This document shows positions 52,101 to 64,000 of a stretch of DNA of 64,000 nucleotides, piece after piece. The translations under genes and the position numbers were made by a program. Position 1 is the first letter of the stretch. Every line of letters begins with the position of its first letter. The notes below the pieces were generated by a model. It was not told where the DNA came from, did no database searches, and was given only the letters and a program-made list of their open reading frames with translations. The DNA comes from Lama guanicoe (taxonomy: Eukaryota), in assembly GCA_013239625.1 (NCBI GenBank), contig MU054187.1:3855757-3919756 (forward strand). Reading direction: 5' to 3'.

Positions 52101-55100
52101 TGGGAAGCAGGAGTGAATGTCTGCCGCCCAGCCCCAAATGAATGATCTGAGCCAAGACTGAAAATGAGAAAACCCTTGTCCTCTTACCTCTGTCACCTGC
52201 ACTTTTCACGTGGAGACACTGGCCCTGGTGGGTGCCCTGCTCTCTTATTTTCCTTGGTGAGCTCCTGGCTTCTAAGGATGTTCAGGATGACATCTTGGCC
52301 TTAGATGGTTTCCCACGTTTGGTACCGAGATCTCAGAAAGCGCCAATCAGTGAAATACACGCCTTCTGCCTGCCCCTATCTATGCCATTCCTCACGGGGG
52401 GCTGTGGCAGACCCCAGACCAGGTCCTCAAGGGACCTCTCCTGTGTGAGCAGTGCGTTTACCATCAGGAAGGAGACGTCTGCCTTGGACTGAACATTTGA
52501 GGACAGAGGGGGCAGGAGCAGAATGCACTCGGCAAGCTGAGTATCCAGCGTGCATCACTGAGCCTCGGCATGGGGGTTGGGGGTCCTGCCGAAGGACCAG
52601 TGGAGGGCGTTTGTGTCAAGGCTGATGGAGAGGTGAGTGGAACGCAAGGTGGCGCTGTCCCCGTCAGCACCCCACACGGCTGGGATGTGTTCAGTGGGAG
52701 TGTGTTCAGTGCAGCAAAGAGGGAGAGGCTAGAAAGAGGCACCTGCCTGGGGGCAGAGCCTGGGGGAGTCAGGAGGGGGTGCTCACCTGTGGAGAGATGG
52801 TTTTCTTATCTTGCACCTTGGCTCTTCCCTTGCTAGACTGATGTCCTGGAAGATATCAGACAGTTTAGCTTGACCAGAGACAGCATGCTAATCTTTTATT
52901 ATTTTTATTTTTCGTGCTTTTATTCTTCTTTCCCCTTCCCTCTCAGAGGGGAATTATATATTTTAAAAAAGATCTGGTAACTTCTTTACGTAAATATAGG
53001 GTTGGAATAAAAATGATAGTAAGTCCTAAAGTATTTGTGAAAAGGGCACCAGATTAAAACCAGGTATTACCTTTTCCAAATCATGGCCAAATATGGTTTA
53101 TGTACAACGCACTTAATTATTTTAATGAATGCCAGCTTATCTGAGTCTCAGATAGCTTTTCCTCAGAACTGTTAGCTAAAACACTAATCTCCCTGTGCTA
53201 GCAGGATATGGAAATTTTGGTGAATGTTCAAGAGGAAAGAACCCCATGAGTGCTGTGAAGTATAAAGCGAATCCCATAAAGTGAGAGTAAAACCACGGGA
53301 GAAAGATCGTTAATGCGACAGAGTCTCAGGGAAAAGACAGAATCAAAACACGGGAAACCTCCCTGTTTTCGTGTTGACGTTCCCCGAAGTTGCACGGGGC
53401 TGAGAGGCCTCTCCGGTGCGGTCAGAGATGTGCAATTTCAGGGACAGCTGAGTTGCCTTGGGTAGGTTTTTGCATGACTTAAAATCTTGGATTTCTGCTT
53501 GAGCCCTGTTGTTTTTATCAAAGACACCTCTTATTACCCACGTGGTTAAGTCGGGCTCGGTTCCTCGGGACGCTGGTGAAGATCACTTACCAAACAAAAA
53601 CGAAGCAACCCTGGTGGCCTGAAGTTTATTGGGCAAAATGAAATTTGAAGTGTAGAAGGGATTTGTACTAAATCCAACTTCACTCGGGAAAGCTGAATTT
53701 TGAATACAGGAGGGAGCATATCTGAACAACAGAACCCAGGGACAGTGACAAATAACTAAAGTAGGAACTGTAGAGTCTGCAGGTGGAAACCAAGCTGCGT
53801 GGAGCCTCCTTCTGTAGACGGGGCTTCATGCTGGGAACTTTCACAGATTGACTAACGTGGCCCTGGATGATGCCAGGGTCACAGAGGAGGAGAATGAAGC
53901 TCTGAGGGGAACTTACCTTGAGCTGCATGCCTAGTTAAATACTGTGGCTAGATTTAAACCAAGATCTCTGTGGTCTTTCTAACACTTCACATCAAACCTG
54001 TGCTCCATGGAGAGTTGTCAGATCTTTTTTACATGATGAAGTGTCTCCATGGGAAGAGCCCCTAGCTCTCTAGACACCTGGACAAAGGGGCAAAGGTGGA
54101 CGAGACGTGGCGACTCCATTCTCTCAGCGGTGTCTGCGTTCAGAAGGCATCTAGGTACCATTTGTGCCCCACACAGGTATTTGCGTCAGTACTGGTTGGG
54201 GCCTTCCCTTTCCATGGCTAGTAGCTGTGAGGACCAGCTGGTACCGACTGGTGATCAGGAACCATCCTTTTTCATTCTTGTGGCGTAAAATCAGAAAAAC
54301 CAAGCACCATTCTTTCCGCTGTGGTATTTGATGCGGACTGCTGGCCTTTTCTTAGTGCTTCGGGGAGCTTCCCTGCGCATCTGTCTTGTCGGACCGCTGG
54401 GCTTCTGTCTTGGTGTCATGGCACGTGATTCCCCGTGTGCTGTGCCCCTGCAGTCACACAGAGCCTCACCAATGACTGGTCCTTTTCCATTGTCTTTGTT
54501 CTTCTGCAAAGGACTTGGACTTAAAGATCCAGAGCTGACCATCCTGAACTCTTTCAAAGCCAGGTCTGAGGAAAAGAGAACGTTAATCACCACAGGTCAG
54601 TATGTAGTCACCATGAATCTGGCTACTCTCGTGGGCAGGGAGTACTTACAGACTGGAGTTTTCTTCATTGCAAATCACGATCGGGTTTATTCAGTTTTTA
54701 AATGATTATGCACCCAGACTGAAAGTGCTGGTAGCCCCCTGCCCACGGCAGTTGCCACCCACCCACACAGAGCTTATCTGTCCCATAAATCTGTGAGTGA
54801 GGTGAAAATGAAGGCCATTCTTCATTCTTCCTGTCTGAACAAGTTTCCTGGACGAATGAGCTTAAGAGCATCATAAAAGGAACGAACATAAACTAGTTTT
54901 ATAGGGGGGAAACCAAAACCGTGATTTCCGGCAACTTCTCCACGCAACTCATCAGGGGCTAACTTTACGCTTCGTAACCTGGTTGCAGCCCCAGCGTCCC
55001 CCCTGTGCTGCCCGACCCTCCTTCCCTGACTGCCAGCCTCCCTCTCAGGTGCTGAATCACTGGCCTGGTCACCTAGTCCCAAGACAGGGAAGCATCTTAG

Positions 55101-58100
55101 CAATGCATTGCTTAGCGTTACTGCAGGGTTGTGGTGGTCTCATCACTCTTAAAGATAAGAATAATTGGTTATTTTTTTTTTGAACCAATGCTTTTTAAAC
55201 TCACTAGTGTTAATTTTTCATCTGTGTTAAACGGAGATGTTCATGTGCTGTATAGTTTCACTTCTGAGTTGTAAATCAACAGATGTTGTATTTATAAATT
55301 GCCCACCTGTGTTTGTTTGCTGTTCCTATTTAAAGATTTTTTTTTAATTGCTAAACCAGATAACACAGAGGCAATACTATACAGAGAGCCACTGAGTAAG
55401 TATCAAGGAACAATAGCTCCTTTCTCGTGAGCTGTCTTTTGGGATTTGAGAAAAGAATTGGGCTTCCGTGAGAGGCCAATCTAAAAAAAGTATCATAAAT
55501 AACAAATACTGGGCCTGTATGCTTAGCTGTTTGTGTCAGTTTTAACCAGAATTAAAGGAAATTTCATGAGTAAAACTGTGTCTTCTCATTAAGACTTCAA
55601 ATTACGTTGGAAAATTGCCTCTAATTTACTTAAAGTATGAGTGAAGTTTTGCATAAATTTTACATGCAGCATCACTAGCTTAATTGAGTTCCTTGTTATA
55701 AGCAAGGTCACAAGGATATTTGAACATTGCAGCTGAATGCTATCGAAGTGACAAATTTTCCTCTGATGTGAACTGAAGTTAATTCTCTAACTCCTTGAAT
55801 TTTTTTTTACGTGACACAATGTGTTCTTAACTAAGATAAAGCCACAGACTTAATGAGTCTTTAGAGCTAACAGGGAAATTAGAGTTTAGTTCTGTCCCCT
55901 CATCTTGAAGAACACGCATGTGAGGTTGGTGGCACGTCTTGGGGATCCAGGAAACTCAGATCCCAAGATGCAGGAGCAAGTCCCACAGTCTTCCCTTCAC
56001 GTGTGTCTTTCACGGATGCTGGAGAGAGGTACTTGTGCACGTCTGCCTTTCCTCAGCTTCGTTGCCTCTGCTCTCATTTAAGTTCTCATCATCTGTTGTT
56101 GGGTGTGGCTTAGTCCTGTGTCCTGTGTGGAACCATGCCAAGAGCATAACAAAGACTGTGCTGATTTGTTCTCCAAAATAACAAGTCTACCTTAATTCTT
56201 TCTAAAAAGACAACTGAACTATCATTAAATACCAGGACTCTCTTTAAGGAAGACCATTTTGTGATGTATTTGAATGGCCACACAGCAAATGTTTTTTGAC
56301 TCAAAGAATGAACTTTACATTCTTTTAAAAGGTTTCTTTTTGAAAGAGTATGAAATGGTTTCCCTATGTATTTCTATTTAAGCTCATTCTTCACAGTATC
56401 TCCAGCTATCCTTTCGAAATATGTATCTGGTTGTGCCATCGCCCTCTGTGAAAACCTTCCACCGTTCCAGTGGGTAGAGTCAGAACAGCCCAGGGTGGCA
56501 TAAGCAAGGACCTGCGCAATTCAGCACCAGCATTCTATCTAGTAGCGTAAGAGGTGGTAAGCCCACAGACTGTGGATAAATATTCAGAAAATCAAGCCTG
56601 GATCAACATGAAGTCGGGACAGTTACTGAAGTGTAGTTAGATTTCACATCTCTTTCGCAGCTTTGCAACAGAAATCTACAGAGCAGTGATCCTAGGACTC
56701 TTTCCCAGCGCATTCACAAGGCGACCTGAGGCTGCAGTCCACTTCGTACTGGCATTTGTTTTAAAAGACAGAACACGCATCGCTTGCAAACTTGTATGGA
56801 CTATTGCTTTATTTCTTGAGAGTCTCTAAATCTTTAGCTGAACAAACGTCAGAGTTTGTCAGTTCCCTCTGAAGTTAATGTCAAACAATAAAGCAAAGCA
56901 AAAAAGCAACAACAGCAATGACAATAATTAGAGGTAAAACAGACGATGCACTTGAAGTTCCATCCAGATCTGGGAGAGGGGTAGTGTATATCAAAAACAT
57001 TCTCACGAAGATGTATTTAAAAAAAAAAAATCTTAAAATCTGGCCATACTGGTATCTTTCCCACGGATAATTAGTTTTCTTGACAGTGTAAAGCCTGATT
57101 GGCTTTTGGTTGAATTTTCTGCATCACTCTGTGTAGCCGAGATGTACACAGCCTGATCCTTGACCCGTATTTTCTTTAGTTTCACAGGCGGGCACCGTTA
57201 TGTGAGTTCTCATTTTCCTCTGTTGACTTCGTGGGTAAATGTTCTCAAATTTCTCTGAGTCTAGTGGAAGATAATAGATAACTCTTTTCTCTCCTTTCAT
57301 GAAGTTGCCTGTCTTTGGCACCATCCTTCCATGGAGTAGGATATTTGGCTCATTAAACTCCATTTCTAAGGCTTTTAAATGTGAAAGGTGCTAAAAAAAC
57401 AAAAACAAAAACAAAGACAGAAAGGTAATTGACAAGGTGGCTAAGCTGCCAGTCCTGGGCTGAGCACAGACGCCCCTCCCAAGCCTGTCAGTTGCTGGAT
57501 GTCGCTGTGACTGTTTCGACTGAGTCCTACGACATGTACTGAAGAAATCCATTAAAACAGTACTTGCCATGATCACAAAACGATACACTTATTATGGGAA
57601 ATGTTTCCTTTTTGTTTTTGCTTAAAGACGGATACTACGCTAGAAACATAAAGAGTATGTCTGATAAAATATACACTATGATAGAGTAAAAAGCAGAGGC
57701 TTCTCTAATTTCTAACAAAATAGAAACAGAACCTGCCTCTATGAAATAAAAGAAGAACACTTTGTTAACACCACATTCTTTGAAACAAGGTCAACTAAAT
57801 AAGCAGTTAGACTCGTAAAATCTAAACTACTCCAAAAGATGCCCTGGAAATCATTCTGATTTTCCTTCTTTATCCAGATCCCTTCCCCTTCCAACTCTGC
57901 TACTCCTGATTCTGGGGAAAACCCGGTGATTATGGTCCAAATGTTGATGGTGCCTGGGAAGTATGGTGGTAGCTGGCCCCAGTGAGTATGTTTCACACTG
58001 TAGTTGGTCTCAGTTTGAACAGCTAAATTTTCATACACCAGCCCTCACATTCCATGTCTTCATCAGAGTTTATCATAGAAGACTCTAAAGTTCTTTTTTC

Positions 58101-59574
58101 AAAGTGCTACAAACCAAACTGCATTACTGATTAAATGTGAACTGAAATCACACAGGTGAAGCAGCCCTGGCAGTCCTGGTTACTGTTCTTAAAGTGACCG
58201 TAAGCCGGGGCTACAGGTGCCGCAGTCTTCCTGAGTCTGTAAGCTCTGACTGTGGCTTGGCTGTGGTGACGTTCGCTGGTTTGCAATTTGGACTCTCTGG
58301 TTGTTCTCTGAGCTTATCTTCTGATGGGATTGGCTTTTGGTTGGACTTTACGTTATTTGTGCATTGGGAATTGTCGTTCAACATTGACCAACAGTGTTTT
58401 GTTTAACCCAGAATCCAGTCAAAACCCAGTTACAGATTAACTGATTTTGCGGAAGGAAGAGAATAGAGACTATAACTATGAATAAAACACATCATCTCAG
58501 CCCCACTGGCTGCTCCCGTTCTTAGGATGATTCCTCTAAGCATCTAATCCAACATCAATTAGAAGGTTTTGAGGATCATAAAGAATTCAAGGAATTTTAG
58601 ATTTATTTATAGTCTTCTCCACCAAGAAGCAGTGTGCTAAGAAAACCCAGAGGAAGCATGTGTTGCTTTGTTTTTAAAAAAAATTAGAAATTCATTATCA
58701 TTTTTCTTCAAAAGTACCTGAATTCTCAGCATAAATTCCCAGGCGCTCTTATTCCATTAGAAAGACAAGTATAGTTTCTTTACTGATTAAAATTATAATT
58801 TGCTAAAATGCTTAATATATATTTACCAGTATGGGAAGTTAGAAAATATAGCATATACACATTGTCCATGTGTTCATTGTCAAAATTAATTCATTCTAGA
58901 ACAATATCTACCAGTAATGACAATTCTATAAATGACACTCTAGTAATACCTTTTCATGGGAATATCTCCCCAAGAAACTAATAAAACTTGAATAGCAAAA
59001 ATAATCTAAGAAAAATAAATGAAGGGTCTTTTTTTTGACGTACTATAGCAATTAGCTGAAATCCATTGGCTGATATTGCCATGTTTTTCTCAAGTTGGAA
59101 GTTGCTATAGCATAGATAAGTAACTTTGTAGCTGAACTGCCTCTGAATAAATTACAAATGACAGGCTTTCAATTTGCATGACTTAATTCATAGCTTCAAA
59201 CTTTTGCAAAGGAACAAAATGAAAATTACATTTTTCACATAGTGAAACGAGTGTCATTTTTATTTTAGCTTGTTTGTCATGGAAATCTTCCCTTTACTGC
59301 AAGAATCATTCCGTCAATTTAAAGTGAAATTGTAGAGTATATATATATGGGCTAACTATAAGTGATTGAACATTTTTTTTAGAATTTTATATGCTCTTGA
59401 TTGAATATTTTTACATAACTGAGAAATGAACATAAACAGTGCATTTGTTTTTGTTTTCAAAGATTTCTAATGGTTTCGATGAGAAGGCAGAATTTGGAGG
59501 CAATCAGAGAAGACTGGTTGAGACTTGAATCTCTCCATTCCTTGCTTTTCATTAATATCTTTGTCCTAATCTGC

Positions 59575-59812
59575 AGAATGTACAACATCAAGAGTGAACT
59601 CTAATGTCAACTATAGATTCTAGGTGATAACAATGTGTCAATGTAGGTTCAGCAAGTGTAAAAAATGTACTAGTCTGGTAGGGGATGTTGATAATAGAGG
59701 AAGTTGTGCATGTGTTGGGTCATGGTACCGATGGGAAATCTCTCTACCTTTTGCTGAATTTTGCTGTGAACCTAAAACAGCTCTACAAATAAAATCTATT
59801 TGAAGAAAAATG
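59575..59812 (+). mobile_element. L1MC-like 3' end
   Basis: 'caagagtgaactctaatgtcaactat..ggggatgttgataat..ttttgctgtgaacctaaaacagctcta..aataaa'. Confidence 0.85.
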
Positions 59813-60469
59813 AGAAAAGACCGTTGGTCCTGGCCCTGCTGTGGACTGTTGCACAATGCCAGCAGGTGTTGCACTGGGGGGGGTCCCCCCTCTGTTGATA
59901 GCACGCTAACATCCTTCATGGAACTGGCTAACCATCTATTTGGAAAAGGCAAGGAACAGGATGTCTCTTAGAATGCTAGGAATAAATGTTTTAAATTTTT
60001 TTTCAGGCAGTTATTCCTGTTTTTCTATTTGGCTGAATGTTCCTTATGGGCACAAACCATATCTTATACTTAGAATATGCATACTAGACTTACGCATCTC
60101 AACACAGTCTGTTTGGCAGGAATTTGCACTGGTACGAGATAGCTGTTACCTTGGTCAGAGTTACCAATGTTCAGAAAATCTGTCCCCTTTGAATTAAAAT
60201 AAACAAATGATACAGACAAAACAATCATGGCAGAGGAAGTTCTAGTAAATTTAAGGTGAAAATAACAAAGAAGAAGTTAGGCAGACTATTCTCTGATCAA
60301 TGTACAAAGTACAGGTAATAAACACGAAGAATTCAGTGTAATAGCTCAGGTGTCATTGAGACTTGGTAGGATGCTTGAGTAGAATCCGAGAATATTTAAT
60401 AAAGGGAAAAGCCAGCAGTAGATTATGTTGGTAGAGCTTTTTATATTCAAACATCTTTTACATTCATTA

Positions 60470-60640
60470 TCATCACATTTAATCTGTAACAGTTCTTGGA
60501 GGAAATCAGGAAGCATCACAATTTGCATTTTAAAGATGAGGAAGGTGAAGATGAGAGGAGGAGGTTCTCAAAGGTCGCACAGCTGATAAATGAGTCTGTC
60601 ATAACCCTGATCTGTTCCCACATGAGAATCCAGAAGGCAC
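60470..60640 (-). mobile_element. MIR SINE relic
   Basis: 'atttaatc..aac..gagg..cattttaaagatgaggaa..tcaaaggtcgcacagctgataaatg'. Confidence 0.6.
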
Positions 60641-61384
60641 AATCCTGATGGAAGTTCATACTCTTAGCATCGTAGTGTCTGACATTTGAGTAAGCATCAC
60701 GGGAGAGAGGAGACAAGTGTTTTTGAGCAGGGGGATACCAAAGACCTCCGGGAGGTAGAAATTTCAGCTTAGAGGTTCTCCCATCTTAAGAGCATGGGGG
60801 GTGTGGTTTCTTAATGCCAGTCACATAGTTGGCAGAGATAAAATGAAGCAGTACCAGGAATTACATGTCACCTAGAAGTAGCAGAATGTCTGATAAGTTC
60901 TTGGTTGCCTTGTTGGCCTTTATGTCCCTAATTTGTGTGAAGTAAATAGTGATCAGAAGTGCTGCTGTCATCACGATTGTGGTAACAGTTGGCCTTGAGC
61001 GAAAGTGAGCATGCCACGCGGCTCGCACTAACTGGGCAGGAATAAACTGCCGAGGGAGGTGGGTATTTCAGATTGAAAGATGCTCAAAGGAGAGACATAA
61101 GGCCATATTCTAGGAGCTCCACGAAGTTCTGGGTTTGGAGTCATACAGTGTAAGCTCAATTAACATACTGGACTGAATGATTTAGTGAATGACATAGCAG
61201 TTTGGTTTCTTGTTTTTGTTTTTGTTTTTTTCCGCCAAGGGGAAAGTGGGGAGGATGCTGGTACCGTCGGCAAACGATGACCCTGCAAGGCTGAGTTAAG
61301 CCCACCTTCAGATCAGACGGATGCTCAACGCTTGCGTGTAGAGCTGCAGCCGGTGCAGCGCTGAGCCCCGCCGGCCGTGACCAC

Positions 61385-61620
61385 GGCGGGCTCGGCGGCG
61401 GCGCCGGGCGTGCAGCCAGGCGGCCCGCGTGGGCCCGGGATGTGCTGCGTGTTCGCTGCGAAAGCCCTCACACGTCACTCGGCCCCTCTGAGCCTGTTTG
61501 CTCCTTTGTAAGTGGGGATGATAGCAATGCCCACATCACGGGGACGGTGTTCTGCTCGGATGTGAGTATATGGCACGTGATGAGGACAGCGGCTGGCGCC
61601 TGGCGAGTCAGCAGTCATCA
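61385..61620 (+). mobile_element. MIR SINE with a strongly GC/CpG-enriched 5' half
   Basis: Core 'cctctgagcctgtttgctcctttgtaagtggggatgatagcaatgcccacatcacgggg'; upstream 'gcagccaggcggccc..cccggg..tgtgc..gctgcg' aligns by eye to the MIR 5' region. Confidence 0.6.
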
Positions 61621-62029
61621 TCGTTTTCGCTTCTCATCCTTGAAGAACTGGCGCAATGATCTACGATGTTTTTAAGGGGTTGGTTGTAACTGTTGAGTGC
61701 TCCCATGTTTTGACTTGAAACTAGAGTCTTCAGACCTCGTCCTCACCTTTGGGAAGAAAGACGAAGCGATCCTTTTCATCTTGGAAAGCGGCTTGGGGAG
61801 GGCGCGGAGGAACCCTGAGCATCGGGCGGGGCGGGGGAGGCATGCATCCCTGCGGGGCTGATGGAGGGACCAGCAGCGGCACTGCGCCCTGCAGAGCCCA
61901 CGAGAAGGGCTTCCACAGAGTGGAGAGAAATTTCCCCCCGTCTGCTCTCTGCACTTCTTTTGGGAAAAGCTAATTGAGAAAAGGACACAGAAGAGAGCAG
62001 AGACTAGAAATGTGGGGTGGCTGGATATG

Positions 62030-62462
62030 TGACAGGTTGTTACATGTTCCTGTGTCCCCCCCTCACAAAGATATGCCGAAGTCCTGACCCCTGGTATCTG
62101 TGAATGTGACCTTATATGGAAATAGTCTGCAGAAGTAATCAGGTGAAGATGAGGTCCTTAGGGTGCGTCCTTATAATAAGGAAGGAGACAGACCCGCGGG
62201 GAGAGGATGGCCCTGTGGTGCCAGAGGCAGTGGCTGGAGGGCCCACCGACAAGCCAGGGCACGCCGAGGGCTGCTGACAGACACCCGAGGCCAGAGGAGG
62301 CAAGGAAGGGCTCTCCCCGACGGGTTTCAGGGAGCCTGGCTCTGCCGACCCCTTGCTTTGAGACGTCTAGCTTCCAGAACTTGAGAGGAAAAACAATTGT
62401 TATTTTAAGCCACCCACCTTGTGATACTTTTTTAAAAATAGCAGCTCTAGGAAACGAACACA
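62030..62462 (+). mobile_element. MLT1C/D-like MaLR solo LTR
   Basis: 'gaagtcctgacccctggtatctgtgaatgtgaccttat', 'aggcaaggaagg..tctcccc', 'cttccagaact', 'ttttaagccaccca', and the end 'gcagctctaggaaacgaacaca'. Confidence 0.88.
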
Positions 62463-62748
62463 AGGCATTTTAAGTCCATTCCTATTATATGGGTGAGATG
62501 AATTGGGGACTGGCTGGTTTTCCTCTGTAAAGAACCCAGTTCTGGTGTCAGGAGCCATGTCAACCCCAGGAGCCGAGGAACTCGTGAACTTGGGGGGAGG
62601 AGATCACATCAGAAAATTATCCTCTAAGCCCCTAATTAAGGAATCAGAAAGAAAACATTTAAACATTTTCCCCCCAAAGTATTCTACTTTCAATTTTCCT
62701 TCTTTCCATAGAATAATGACAGAATTCAGAATTGGACTAGTAATTTTT

Positions 62749-62833
62749 TTTTNNNNNNNNNNNNNNNNNNNNNNNCCCCCCCCCCCCCCCGGTAACCACA
62801 AGTCTGTATTCTCTGTCCATGAGTCTATTTCTG
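62749..62833 (-). mobile_element. Short young LINE-1 3' UTR insertion with perfect TSD, spanning a 23-N gap
   Basis: Poly-T, N(62753-62775), C-run, then L1 3' UTR-like 'ggtaaccacaagtctgtattctctgtccatgagtctatttctg'. TSD ttggactagtaattttt at 62732-62748 and 62834-62850. Confidence 0.85.
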
Positions 62834-64000
62834 TTGGACTAGTAATTTTTGAATCAAGCTGTTTTTTTTTCTCCCCTTAATTATGTGATCACATGATTTC
62901 TTTTTTGCCTCCCATGCTCCATGATTGATTTATCAATGACTATAAAGTTGCTGATGTGCAAACCTCACAGATTACAGAAACACCTGAGACACTTACGTCT
63001 CCTCACATGTACTTTTAAAAAATCTTCGATCAAGTGAACTGTAATTTGCACCTCCCAATTTTATTAAGTGCCACTTCAGCATAACTGATTCTTATATGTT
63101 TCCTTTTTTTAAAATTGCAGCACAGGCAGTTCCAACGTGTCGGTCTCTGGGGCACAGCACAGTGTCCCAGTCACGCTTACACGTCTTACACGTTTCTAAT
63201 CACGCGCACATACATCATCCTGCTGGTCAACCAAACGAACAGCAGTTTTGTGAGGCTGTGACTGAAGGACAGAGGGTCAGTTTCTGTGTTTCATGAAGGC
63301 TGGGGGAAAAAAGAGTCCCAGTGACTAAACTGAAATTGAATGTAATGAATTGTGGAAAGTTCGCCAGGTCCCGAAGGCCCCCCTAACACCTGGCCTCCAT
63401 CCGCTCTCAGTGAGAACCCTACTGCAGTACTGACGGCCCTTTGTGAGATCTGGGCAATGTAATTTTGTTAATGGTTAAATATTTATCAGTACAGATTCAT
63501 CCATAGGTATAATTCCCTGGAAATAGTAACTGGTTCCTCACAAGATATTTGCTACAAAAGCTACTGGGAGTGAAGAATAATAATAAAAATAACATTATTA
63601 ATAAGAATAAGGACACCTCTTGCATACGGAAAATTTTTGCGTTAGAAAATGTTTTATGTGCAATAAGTTGTTTAATCTTCCCCATAGAAATTATTATTAC
63701 CTTTAATACACATATGAAGACACCATGGCTTCGCAAACATAACTTACCCTGAATCATTGCTTGTAGGTGGGGCGCCACCTAAACCACTCCTTGAGTGGCC
63801 ACGGGATGTCCACGGAGGACACGCTGGTCTGTGGTTTGGGAGTAAGGATGCTATTGTGTGGCTAGTACTTGGAACATTGTGCTGACTGTTCCAGTGTATC
63901 TTTGAATCAGCAGACTTTAACAAAGTAGCTAATATTTACTCTTCAAATTGTAACCTAAGCCAAAGTCACTACTGTAACAAAGGACCACAGCTGGGTGGCT

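Noticed and set aside
61363..61393. GC-rich inverted repeat gagccccgccg...cggcgggctc
   Set aside because: Too short for a pre-miRNA and expected by chance at this GC content.

Overview
This is 64 kb of mammalian genomic DNA. Two copies of a tRNA-derived SINE resembling camelid vic-1, plus artiodactyl-type L1 and ERV1 LTRs, point to a camelid (alpaca or camel); this is an inference from recalled consensus sequences, not a search. I recognise no protein-coding gene. The ORF track is explained by chance ORFs, repeats, microsatellites and N-gaps, and the only convincing peptide similarity is to LINE-1 ORF2 fragments. The window reads as intronic or intergenic sequence containing old (MIR, L2, L1M, MaLR/ERVL, hAT) and young (SINE, L1, ERV1) transposon relics, one clear CpG island (~8.5-9.3 kb), several smaller CpG-rich patches, candidate CTCF and CCAAT sites, and two assembly gaps. 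The most notable structures are: (1) a tandem duplication at 31.9-35.3 kb with a 1-kb deletion in one copy and patchy divergence; (2) two young L1 insertions with perfect target-site duplications (TSDs); (3) an internal L1 ORF2 fragment with no tail or TSD inside an ERVL LTR; (4) a CpG-rich patch that appears to be a GC-converted MIR; and (5) a weak chain of minus-strand exon-like segments below the CpG island. I found no evidence of a novel multi-gene system. Repeat family names and the boundaries of old repeats are approximate.
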